Source of the DNA: Candidatus Altarchaeum sp.
GTDB lineage: Archaea; Altiarchaeota; Altiarchaeia; Altiarchaeales; Altiarchaeaceae
DNA: 18,692 nt
Direction: 5' to 3'
NCBI GenBank assembly: GCA_018260615.1
Contig: JAGWDQ010000140.1
Coordinates: forward strand, 1 to 18,692
The position numbers and the translations under genes were made by a program. Each line of letters begins with the position of its first letter. Positions within the stretch are counted from its first letter, which is position 1. Below are positions 5,718 through 14,451 of this stretch, piece after piece. The notes beneath the pieces were generated by a model. The model had not been told where the DNA came from, did not search any database, and saw only the letters and a list, made by a program, of their open reading frames with translations.

Positions 5718-8432
5718 TTATGCTGTATGCGCGTTTGCTAATAACCACTCAACAACTTTACCTGTTGCAGCATTTGTATCTCCTGCTTCCCATCCTGCAA
5801 CAACAAGTGTATTGTTATTCACCAACTTAATGACATACCTGTCTGCATCTGCGCCAATTTCTTCTTTTGTAACATCTGCTGCTAATGTGTTAACTGATGG
5901 TCCTCCGACAACAATCTTATTGCCTGTACCTGCTGCATTTTTATCAAGTACCATTAATGTTCCGACAGGTTTCATACTCTGGCATGTCCCGGTTGCGTTT
6001 GTTGCATTTCCGCTGCTTAATCCAAATGACTTTACAGTTGCTTCACAGCATCCGATTTTCTTTAATTTTCCAACATCTTCAGCAGTAATTGTTCCTAACT
6101 GTTCACTTTCTTCCTTTTCCTTTCCGAGGAAGTAAGTCATATATGTCTTCTTTGTAGGATGGCAAATTTCGACTGCCTTCACTTGTTTATCTGATCCGTA
6201 ATTTGTTACTGTGAATAAGTCAGCTCCTCTTGGTGACCATAATTTTGTATCTTCGCTGCATTTCAATTCTCCTGGAAATCCTACGGCCGTTTTATTATAA
6301 CAATCATTACATACTATATCTGAAGACAAACACGAAGTGTTAACTGCGCCTGCACCGGGTCCTGTAATTCTAACACTTGTTCTATAATCCCCTGTTCCTC
6401 TTGCATTTCTACCCGTATCATAAAAGTCAATATATGTTTCATCTTTTCCGCAACCTACAAATTTCAAAAGTTCATCGTCGGTGTTATTATTTGCTCCTTT
6501 GTCTATTTCATTTACATCTGTTACTTCGTGTATTGTTCTTAATTCTGCCGGGCAGTTGTCATTCTGAATATCTTTCAAATCAACATCATTTAAGCCAATT
6601 TTGTTGTCATTTCCTTTGTCCATCCACAACTTACCTTCATGGAAATATGCCATTACTCCTAATGTTCCCACTGTTGCATTAAATGTAGAACATGGGTCTG
6701 TGCACGGATTTTCTAAACTAGTACTATATCTATCAAACTTGGTATAATTAAATCCTGCAAAACTTGTGCCTAACTTTGTAAGGGTTACCTCAAAGTCGTT
6801 TGCATTACTAACATCAGTCAGCAATAATTTTACATGATTTTCATCGTTATTAATATCTTCTGTTCCTCTGAATTTGTATACCGTATTTCCTATCAGGAAT
6901 AACTCGTCAAGTTCATAAGCACCTTCATCCAATCTGACATTATTCAGTCGTTCTCCATCCCTAGTAGTAAAACTTAAAATTACTTTACGATTATCACTTG
7001 TTTCTATCTTTATTTTATCACTTCCGCCTGAACAAGTCGGGTCTCCGAAATCCTCGTCTTTAAAGCCCTCATAAGAAAACTTTACTGCTTTTGTCGGGAA
7101 GTATACTGTATCTCCGACATTTAGTGTTTGAGCATCTTCCTGTGTTAATGTTAACTTTGTCAGACAATATTTTTTCTCAGCATTTCCAATCCCATTACCC
7201 GCTCCGGGTGTTCCATAATCTTCTACACCTACTTTATTACAAAAATCCTTGTCTATTTTAACTCTCCATCCGTCTTGCTTTTTGTTATTTTCTAATCGGT
7301 ATTGTGTGCTCATATCATAAGCAATTATACTTGCTTCGTTTCCCATAACCTGGTATGCCTGTAGTTGTATCTTGTGACCATTTGCATCCGTTCCAAGAGA
7401 AGCACCTGCCTGTTTTGATGCTGTTGCCTGAACAGTTGTTCCATCTGGTTTTTCAACCTCTATTATAACCCCCGCATCTTTTCCATTACTCTGAATTGTT
7501 CTAAGTAATTTAAATTTATATCCCTGTAACTGGGGTAATGTTGGTTCTGTTGCACCTGCACTGCTTATCTGTAATTTTTCACCTTTTGCCAGGACAATGT
7601 ACGTCTTATCCAAGTCATTAACAAAATAGTCATTTGAACCCATAAACAACATCTTTCCTCTATAGTTACTATCAATTAAATTATCACCCTCGGTTATAGC
7701 CGCTACCGGAATTCCCCCAAGATCAACTGTATATTGAAGTGCTCCGCAGTCCAGCTTCATCTTTAATGATTCTGCTTTGCTGTCACATCCCAATCCGTCT
7801 TCATAATATTTTACTTTTGTTCCGTCTACAAGTATGGACTCTTTCATCTCGTGGTCAGGATGTTTTGTTTCCTGGCATATATCATAACAAAGATAACACA
7901 ATTCATTGCAGTTCTTAACTTTCATTGGAAAATCAGCCACCGTCTTGTCAATCTGACATCCGATATTGTAATTTTTAAGCATACCCTGAGTATATGCTAA
8001 TGTCCCGTTTGCAAGTAGTTGTCCGTCCGTGCTGTAAAATGATCCGTAAGGTGTGGAACTTAAAAAAGATCCTTCCAGATCAGTTGTTCCAATAGTTCTA
8101 CCTTGTATATCCTGTTCATATTTTCCGATCATTCTCCAGCTCTTCACTGCCAATTTTACTTCTCCCGCTGAGCCGCCATTTGCTCCGCATGCTCCTGTTG
8201 TATATGCTAGATTTCCGATTGTTGCTGCTATATCTCCCGCTCCTACGACATCTGCTGCTGCTGCTGTTTCACCTACCACAATCTGTACATTTGGATTGTA
8301 GTTTGCGTCATATACAAAACTCTTATCTAGTTCATCTAACCCTGTTGTTGATGCGCTGACCATTCCCATAATTGCAGCACTAATTATTGCTGCTCCTCCT
8401 ATAGTCGCACATACCTTTTTAAATTTTCCCAT
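5718..8432 (-). CDS. Secreted S-layer-family surface glycoprotein, probable Altiarchaeum hamus (grappling-hook) subunit or homologue
   Basis: Sec-type signal peptide (MGKFKK + hydrophobic core, probable cleavage VSA|S after residue 27). Methanococcus-type S-layer N-terminal motif (IVVGETAAAADVVGAGDIAA) and C-terminal motif (KIVVGGPSVN...LVVAGWEAGDT). 9 N-x-S/T sequons and 24 Cys. The hamus identity rests on my recollection of the published S-layer-like subunit of similar size. Confidence 0.8.
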   Translation of the reverse strand: MGKFKKVCATIGGAAIISAAIMGMVSASTTGLDELDKSFVYDANYNPNVQIVVGETAAAADVVGAGDIAATIGNLAYTTGACGANGGSAGEVKLAVKSWRMIGKYEQDIQGRTIGTTDLEGSFLSSTPYGSFYSTDGQLLANGTLAYTQGMLKNYNIGCQIDKTVADFPMKVKNCNELCYLCYDICQETKHPDHEMKESILVDGTKVKYYEDGLGCDSKAESLKMKLDCGALQYTVDLGGIPVAAITEGDNLIDSNYRGKMLFMGSNDYFVNDLDKTYIVLAKGEKLQISSAGATEPTLPQLQGYKFKLLRTIQSNGKDAGVIIEVEKPDGTTVQATASKQAGASLGTDANGHKIQLQAYQVMGNEASIIAYDMSTQYRLENNKKQDGWRVKIDKDFCNKVGVEDYGTPGAGNGIGNAEKKYCLTKLTLTQEDAQTLNVGDTVYFPTKAVKFSYEGFKDEDFGDPTCSGGSDKIKIETSDNRKVILSFTTRDGERLNNVRLDEGAYELDELFLIGNTVYKFRGTEDINNDENHVKLLLTDVSNANDFEVTLTKLGTSFAGFNYTKFDRYSTSLENPCTDPCSTFNATVGTLGVMAYFHEGKLWMDKGNDNKIGLNDVDLKDIQNDNCPAELRTIHEVTDVNEIDKGANNNTDDELLKFVGCGKDETYIDFYDTGRNARGTGDYRTSVRITGPGAGAVNTSCLSSDIVCNDCYNKTAVGFPGELKCSEDTKLWSPRGADLFTVTNYGSDKQVKAVEICHPTKKTYMTYFLGKEKEESEQLGTITAEDVGKLKKIGCCEATVKSFGLSSGNATNATGTCQSMKPVGTLMVLDKNAAGTGNKIVVGGPSVNTLAADVTKEEIGADADRYVIKLVNNNTLVVAGWEAGDTNAATGKVVEWLLANAHTA

Positions 8433-8532
8433 CTTATATATTTTTACAAAAATTTTTTACAAAGATTTATAGTAAATTATGAATGATACATTAAATATTA
8501 ATTAAATTATATTATAAATAAATAAATAAATT

Positions 8533-8946
8533 TTATTGTAAATTACTGCAAAGATTATTTAAATAAGTCATGCCTTTTTCAGTTATTTTTCTTCCCTTCG
8601 GGGACTTTTCCGTAAGTCCCAGATTATCAAACCCCTGCAAAATTGCCCTTATTACTTTTCCACTTCCCTTATAAAAACGCTCCGGCTTTACTCCTCTGTT
8701 TTTTCTGCCCCCATACACGGTTCTGAATCTTCCGACACCAGTACCTTCATTTTCCATATATAACTTTCTTAATATGGAGGCAGCTCTTACCCACCACCAG
8801 TCAGCATCTTCCGGAGCACGCTCTTTGCTTACTCCTGTTTTTACAAAGTCCGTCCATTCGGGCTTTTTAAATTTTAAATTTTCCTTTAAGTCCTTACCTG
8901 CTGCATTTATCAGTTTGTCCGCTAAAACATCATAAGGTGTTGTCAC
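8533..8946 (-). CDS. rps19e: 30S ribosomal protein S19e
   Basis: PEWTDFVKTGVSKERAP..DWWWVRAASILRKLY, YGGRKNRGVKP, GSGKVIRAILQ; GTG start. Confidence 0.97.
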   Translation of the reverse strand: MTTPYDVLADKLINAAGKDLKENLKFKKPEWTDFVKTGVSKERAPEDADWWWVRAASILRKLYMENEGTGVGRFRTVYGGRKNRGVKPERFYKGSGKVIRAILQGFDNLGLTEKSPKGRKITEKGMTYLNNLCSNLQ

Positions 8947-9073
8947 TTTAAATTTTAATTATTAAATTTTAACTTATAAATTATATCCGTATTTTTATTA
9001 AATTAAATTAAATTTTGTTAATTTTCAAGTTAGTAATTAAATTTTGATGGTAATAAATTAAATAAAAATAAAT

Positions 9074-9844
9074 TTAAAATTCATCAGCCATTACCTTCTT
9101 TCTAAGATAAATTGCCGCTATTATGCCAATAATTGCCCCTCCGAGATGCGCTCCGTTTGCAACCCCTGCTTCTCCGCCCATGAAGATGTAGTATACCTGA
9201 AGCCCGATATAGATTAATCCGATAACTATTAGTGGCATTGGAAGAAAATAAACATATACTGTCTGCATTGGTCTGAGAATTGCCGCCGCTCCAAGAATTC
9301 CGAATATTGCTCCGGAAGCGCCGAGTATTGAAACATTGTCGCTTATGAATCCGGTTGATGTCATAAAAATCATTGTTATTCCTCCGAAAATTCCTGCAAG
9401 AAAATAAAGCAGCAAATATTTTCGCATTCCGATTGCACCTTCAACAATTCCTCCGAGAATGAACAAAAAGAGCATATTTCCAAGTAAATGATTTATATCT
9501 GCGTGCATAAACATGCTTGTTATAGATGTCCATGGCTTTTCAAAAGCATTTTTCCCGACAAGTGAAAAACCATCAGTATAAGTATATATACAGGCATCAT
9601 CGGGAATTTTTTTACAATAATCTATATCATAACCTCCCTCCCTTGCAGCACTTTCGGGACATGCGTAATATTCCCCTTCATAGATAGCATTTGCAGTATA
9701 TTTATTTTGGGTACAGTTTTCTGCCCAGTTCATATCATAAATTTTCATGTTATCTGTCATCTGCACACCAAAAAATACGACTACATTTAGAATTATTAAC
9801 ACAATTGTTGCAATTCCGAAAGATGATGAAAGTCCTCTGCCCAT
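9074..9844 (-). CDS. Rhomboid family intramembrane serine protease with a Cys-rich loop after TM1
   Basis: PWTSITSMFMHADINHLLGNM, catalytic GASGAI (Ser) and AHLGG (His); multiple hydrophobic segments. Confidence 0.92.
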   Translation of the reverse strand: MGRGLSSSFGIATIVLIILNVVVFFGVQMTDNMKIYDMNWAENCTQNKYTANAIYEGEYYACPESAAREGGYDIDYCKKIPDDACIYTYTDGFSLVGKNAFEKPWTSITSMFMHADINHLLGNMLFLFILGGIVEGAIGMRKYLLLYFLAGIFGGITMIFMTSTGFISDNVSILGASGAIFGILGAAAILRPMQTVYVYFLPMPLIVIGLIYIGLQVYYIFMGGEAGVANGAHLGGAIIGIIAAIYLRKKVMADEF

Positions 9845-9912
9845 TTTTAAATTTTTTAAAATTTATGTTTTTAAATTTATTTATGATTAAATTTTATGGT
9901 TATTTTATGTGC

Positions 9913-10875
9913 TCAAATTTTTTTCATCCTCTCAAATAACGCATCCGCCATTAAAGGAAGCAATACAGTAACATCTCCCTCAATTGTTATGTGTCTGGCT
10001 TTTTCGTTTATCTTTCCCCACGATATTGCCTCTCTCGTCCTTGCTCCGCTTAATGAACCGTCCGACTCCATAGCAGTCGTTATAAAAACTGCAAAATTTA
10101 AACCGTCCCTGAACTGATTCCACCATATCGTATGATGTTTGCTTATTCCTCCGCCCAACATCAGCGCTCCGGTATTCTTTGCAGTAAAGACAATATTCGC
10201 AAGATCCTTCTCGTCTTTAAATAAATTCAGACGGAAATTTTTGTGCTTCTGCCAGAACATAAACAACTGAAATCCGAATGCACCGTCGGTTATTCCCGGA
10301 ACAAAAACCGGAATGTTATTTTTGTATGCCCAATAGACAAGAGATTCCTCTGCATTTTTCTCGTTTTCAACTGCCTTTCCGAAGTCCCTGATTATTTCAT
10401 GCGTTCCAAGTTCCACATCCTTATTTTTGTAAATTTCATTCAAAATTTTTTGCATTTTTTCTTCAAGTATTATTCCGTAACTTTCATTTGGCACAAAAAT
10501 ATTTCCCAGACGGTTTATTCCTTTTTCCCGCAATTCAATATCGTCCGCCTCAAATTTTCCGTGATAATAGTCCTTCCAGAGTCGTGCCAAATCGTGGTCA
10601 AGTGTTCCGCAGGTTGTAATTACAACATCAACTAATTTGTGTTTTATTAAGTCCTTTATTATTCCCCGTGTTCCGGTCGCTATAATGTCAGCGGGAAACG
10701 ACAGAAATTTTATGCAGTTCTTCCTGTTTTCCATTGCTTCTAAAATATCAACACCATCCGCAACCTTTTTTGCAGTAAATCCGCCGCCTTCATACATCTG
10801 GTTTATGATTTCGTTTGCTGTCCATTTTCCTGTTTTCAGGTCCCTGACAGGTCTTAAATTTAAATTTTGATTCAT
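9913..10875 (-). CDS. dys: Deoxyhypusine synthase
   Basis: GTLDHDLAR, INRLGNIFVPNESY, PGITDGAFG, LGGGISKHH, DGSLSGARTREAISWGKI (catalytic Lys). Confidence 0.96.
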   Translation of the reverse strand: MNQNLNLRPVRDLKTGKWTANEIINQMYEGGGFTAKKVADGVDILEAMENRKNCIKFLSFPADIIATGTRGIIKDLIKHKLVDVVITTCGTLDHDLARLWKDYYHGKFEADDIELREKGINRLGNIFVPNESYGIILEEKMQKILNEIYKNKDVELGTHEIIRDFGKAVENEKNAEESLVYWAYKNNIPVFVPGITDGAFGFQLFMFWQKHKNFRLNLFKDEKDLANIVFTAKNTGALMLGGGISKHHTIWWNQFRDGLNFAVFITTAMESDGSLSGARTREAISWGKINEKARHITIEGDVTVLLPLMADALFERMKKI

Positions 10876-10908
10876 TTTAGTTGTTATTAAAATATAGTTA
10901 TTAATTAT

Positions 10909-10953
10909 TTTTAAATTTACATTATCGTCTCAACTCCCTTTATTACAAATTCA
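10909..10953. repeat. 45-bp direct repeat, distal copy (duplicate of marC 3' end; att-like)
   Basis: ttttaaatttacattatcgtctcaactccctttattacaaattca is identical to 12975-13019. Confidence 0.95.
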
Positions 10954-11008
10954 GCTGCAATTACACTAATACGATGTTGTGCGTTCTTTCTTTTAGTTTA
11001 GTAAAAAG

Positions 11009-12712
11009 TTATTTATTCTGTACATAATAGCTTTTCCATGCATTACATGCCCATCGGGCCATTTTATCCTGATGGTTTCTTAATACGACCGGAGCCCATT
11101 CTGTGTAATTTAACTCGTTATTACTCATTTTGAAAGTGGATTTTTTATAAAATTGTTGTTTTTCGGAAAATACTTTATCTCCGATTTTTTTATTAATACC
11201 CTCTTCCAACAGAGTATAATTGCCTAACAAATAGACATAATCTTCCTGTTCATTCGCCTGAAAATATGTCTCCCATGCTGACTGAGGATTTTCGGGCAAA
11301 ATATGTTCAATTGTAGAAGTAGCATCTTCAAACTGGTGTTGTGTTCCTGAAATTGAATTTTCTAATTCAACTAAAATATATTTTACTAAATTTTTATTTG
11401 TTTTAGTGCTGATAAGTTTTGTTGAAAATGCTTGTGCAAAGTTTTCATCACTAACATAAGCCCCTTTAAGTTGTTCAAATGCCTGTGCAGCAATAGATAC
11501 TTCGCCATTAAATATTTTCAATGATAGTTTGTTAAAAATCACCTCTATTTCATTTGCAGGTAAGCCGGAAATGACATTATACCGAAATGTAATTACATTT
11601 AACTCGTGCAAGAGTTTTGTAAACTCCTGTTCACTTAACTTTTGCTTTGCAGTTAACATTAACGAATACCACGAGGATACGCCAAAAAGATTTAATGACC
11701 TTATTAAATTTCTTTGTTCTTTATTCCACATAGTATCAGCCGGGTTTTCAAATGCAGAATATATGGGCGCCAATCCTTCTAATTCATTTAATAGACAAAA
11801 AACTGTTTGCGGGCTTTGTATTTGATTTTTTATAACTCTGAACAGATTGGAAGCTCTAACTAATTCATTTCGGGAGTTCCAGTAATGTCTGATAAAAGCA
11901 GGCAGATCGGTTTTGCCTAAAAAATCATTGATACTTTGCCACCTGCGTTCTGTCTCATCCAAGTCCAAGGTACTTGAAGCAAATGCTCTGGAAAACAGAT
12001 AATTCTTTAATAAATCCGCAGGGGAAAGTTTAACACCTCTCGCATTTAATGTTTCAAATACTTTATATGCATTAAGATCATCACTTACATTAATGGTTGT
12101 AAAAATTAAATCATTTGAAATTTCTTCATCAATAAATTTTGCCAGTTCTTCACCTGATTTGGTTAACATACGTTCTTTAAGCTTCATATAAAAAAATTCA
12201 TAAGATTGCCATAATTTTTTTTGAGATGGTTTTAGTTTTGATATTGCAGGTGGTTTCCTGTGGTTAAGTAAATAACTTTTATAAAAATCATCATTATTTT
12301 TATTTAATATCAGTTTGGGAGAAATAGTAAGTTTAGAAGTCGAAAAATTACCGAGAAATTTCTCAGTGAGTTTTTCAATACGTAATTCATTTTGCTCTTT
12401 ATCAATATCATTTTCCGCCCACTCTTTAAGCAATCTGATTGCAGATAAACATAATATGCTTAATGTAGCAAAACGCTGCTGGCCATCTATAATTAAAAAA
12501 ATTTTTGATTTAGGATCCTGCTCCTGAAAAACAACATAACCCATATAATGATTTTTTTCAACTGGCAAATCCAAAATATCTAACCAGAGGTCTTCCCATT
12601 CATCCCTGTCCCATGAATAATCTCTTTGATATAGTGGAACCCGGAATGTTTTACCATTTGCAATTAAATCATTAAATGATGCTGTTCCCGTATTTAATAA
12701 TATGTTGGCCAT
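11009..12712 (-). CDS. DUF262-DUF1524 protein (GmrSD/SspE-like, putative modification-dependent or defence nuclease)
   Basis: DUF262 motifs VPLYQRDYSW, IIDGQQRFAT and FETLNARG. HNH-like DUF1524 motifs TIEHILPEN and LLGNYTLL. Confidence 0.9.
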   Translation of the reverse strand: MANILLNTGTASFNDLIANGKTFRVPLYQRDYSWDRDEWEDLWLDILDLPVEKNHYMGYVVFQEQDPKSKIFLIIDGQQRFATLSILCLSAIRLLKEWAENDIDKEQNELRIEKLTEKFLGNFSTSKLTISPKLILNKNNDDFYKSYLLNHRKPPAISKLKPSQKKLWQSYEFFYMKLKERMLTKSGEELAKFIDEEISNDLIFTTINVSDDLNAYKVFETLNARGVKLSPADLLKNYLFSRAFASSTLDLDETERRWQSINDFLGKTDLPAFIRHYWNSRNELVRASNLFRVIKNQIQSPQTVFCLLNELEGLAPIYSAFENPADTMWNKEQRNLIRSLNLFGVSSWYSLMLTAKQKLSEQEFTKLLHELNVITFRYNVISGLPANEIEVIFNKLSLKIFNGEVSIAAQAFEQLKGAYVSDENFAQAFSTKLISTKTNKNLVKYILVELENSISGTQHQFEDATSTIEHILPENPQSAWETYFQANEQEDYVYLLGNYTLLEEGINKKIGDKVFSEKQQFYKKSTFKMSNNELNYTEWAPVVLRNHQDKMARWACNAWKSYYVQNK

Positions 12713-12730
12713 TTTTTAATATAATAACGC

Positions 12731-12889
12731 AAGTTTTGCGTTTTGAAAAATTACGCACATAAAAATTAGTTTTTTGGCATTTTATAGGAGTAATTTATAA
12801 CGTGGTTTAACCTGCCATTTTTAAAATTCCCAAAGGATTTTAAAAATCTCCGAGCGTAAGTGAGGTGAAAAAAGTAAAACGCAAAACTT
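12731..12889. repeat. 159-bp segment bounded by perfect 14-bp inverted repeats
   Basis: AAGTTTTGCGTTTT (12731-12744) and AAAACGCAAAACTT (12876-12889). Confidence 0.65.
12818..12869 (+). repeat. Hairpin + TCCGAGCGTAAGTGAGGTGAA motif, copy 1
   Basis: Stem tttttaaaattcc/aggattttaaaaa followed by a motif about 30 bp homologous to 15674-15706. Confidence 0.8.
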
Positions 12890-12974
12890 TAGTAAATAAA
12901 ATAAATAAGAATACAAATAAAATAAATTATACAACATATTTTTAAATTTGCCGTAAATTTTGCATCTGTTGAAA

Positions 12975-13019
12975 TTTTAAATTTACATTATCGTCTCAAC
13001 TCCCTTTATTACAAATTCA
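12975..13019. repeat. 45-bp direct repeat, proximal copy (functional marC 3' end)
   Basis: Covers the last 11 codons (EFVIKGVETIM), the stop and 8 downstream bases of marC; identical to 10909-10953. Confidence 0.95.
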
Positions 13020-13594
13020 ACCGCAATTGCAGCAACAACAATCCCCATTATTCTCGTTAGCACCTGTAAGCCAGTTATTCCTAAATGTTTTAGTAAAATT
13101 GCACTATTATTCAGAATAAATTTTGTTATGACAAATACCACTACGATTGCAACTATGACCATTAATTTTTCATATAGTGTTTCGGACAAAGTTATTAACA
13201 TCATAACAGTCGTAATTGCACCCGGACCCGTAAGAAGAGGAATTGCCAGCGGAAATATCGCCACATTTTCTTTTTCTAATGATTCCTTCTCCTGTTCCTC
13301 GCTGTGTGTTGTTTTTGATTTTCTTCCGAAAAGCATTTCAACGGCAATGAGGAACAGCAAAATCCCTCCCGAAATTTCAAGTGCATTGATGGATACGCCC
13401 AAAAATTTAAATATATAATTTCCGAATATCGCAAATGCCAGCAATGTTCCCGATGCAACAATTACGGCTAAATTTACAACTTCTTTTCTTCTTTTTTCGC
13501 TGTATTTTTCAGTCATTGCCAGATAAACAGGAACAAGTCCGGGAGAGTCCACAATTACAATGATTGGAATAAAAATTTCCAAAAAAGATAACAT
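12983..13594 (-). CDS. marC: MarC family integral membrane protein
   Basis: IVDSPGLVPVYL, ALEISGGILLFLIAVEML, VAIFPLAIPLLTGPGAITTV, VLTRIMGIVVAAIAVEFVIKG. Confidence 0.93.
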   Translation of the reverse strand: MLSFLEIFIPIIVIVDSPGLVPVYLAMTEKYSEKRRKEVVNLAVIVASGTLLAFAIFGNYIFKFLGVSINALEISGGILLFLIAVEMLFGRKSKTTHSEEQEKESLEKENVAIFPLAIPLLTGPGAITTVMMLITLSETLYEKLMVIVAIVVVFVITKFILNNSAILLKHLGITGLQVLTRIMGIVVAAIAVEFVIKGVETIM

Positions 13595-13722
13595 TTTTGA
13601 ATGAAATTTAATAAAATTCAGATATCAAGATAAAAATAAGAGAATAGAATAAAAGTAAGAATATAGAATAAAAATAAAAAATAACAGAATGTCAGAAATA
13701 TAACCCGAAATTTAAATTTTGC

Positions 13723-14349
13723 TCATTGCATCGCCGAAACCTTATCCGTCAATCCCGACTTAAACGCATTATCGGCAACAAAATTTATTATTTCAATTGC
13801 TTTCTTAACATCACCTTCACTGAGCCATATCACTCCGTTTTGACCGACAATAATTCTGCTCTTTGATTTTTCCTTTATTAAATTTAGCATTGATTTGTTT
13901 TTTCCGATTACTCTCGGAACCCTTTTCGGATTTACTTTTATAAAATTTCCCCCAAAAATTTTGAATGCCCTTCCGACATATGTCTTTTTAACTTCATCAA
14001 TATCAGAAACAATCACCGACACAATATCGCCGATATTATAATTTTCCTCCTGCCTGCTGCTAAAACTGCTGCTTTTTTCCGAAACCATAACACCTTCATA
14101 AGGCGAATTTATATCTACAAAACAGACAGACCCCCTAACTCCTGTAATTACTCCGATAACAACATCCTCTTTTCTCGGAACATAGACCCCGTTCAGAGAG
14201 ATTACTGATATTCCGTTCCCGATGCTTGAGGTACCATAAATTTTTGAATAAATTTTTGAATTTTCTACCATACAGTTTTCTCCGTGTCGTTCATTTTCCG
14301 CCAGCAACTGTCCCGGAATTACCACATCTTTCTCATTTACATATAACAT
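13723..14349 (-). CDS. rrp4: Exosome RNA-binding cap subunit Rrp4 (S1 + KH domains)
   Basis: VVIPGQLL, YVPRKEDVVIGVI, VDINSPY, PKRVPRVIGKNKSM, IIVGQNGVIW, GLTDKV. Confidence 0.9.
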   Translation of the reverse strand: MLYVNEKDVVIPGQLLAENERHGENCMVENSKIYSKIYGTSSIGNGISVISLNGVYVPRKEDVVIGVITGVRGSVCFVDINSPYEGVMVSEKSSSFSSRQEENYNIGDIVSVIVSDIDEVKKTYVGRAFKIFGGNFIKVNPKRVPRVIGKNKSMLNLIKEKSKSRIIVGQNGVIWLSEGDVKKAIEIINFVADNAFKSGLTDKVSAMQ

Positions 14350-14451
14350 TTTTATAATTTTACGCTATTTTTAACTATCTTTTTATCTTTATTTATCTTT
14401 ATTAGTTATATAATTATTTCTATAAAGTTAAATTTTAAATTTTGTTAAAAA

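Larger units (their letters stand above)
10954..12974. mobile_element. Putative integrated single-gene islet between att-like direct repeats (no recombinase encoded)
   Basis: Bounded by 45-bp direct repeats 2066 bp apart. Carries only the DUF262-DUF1524 gene and structured non-coding repeats. Confidence 0.6.

Noticed and set aside
13880-13920. Rrp4 KH loop IGKNKS lacking the second Gly of GxxG
   Set aside because: A degenerate GxxG loop is common in Rrp4 KH domains; not remarkable.
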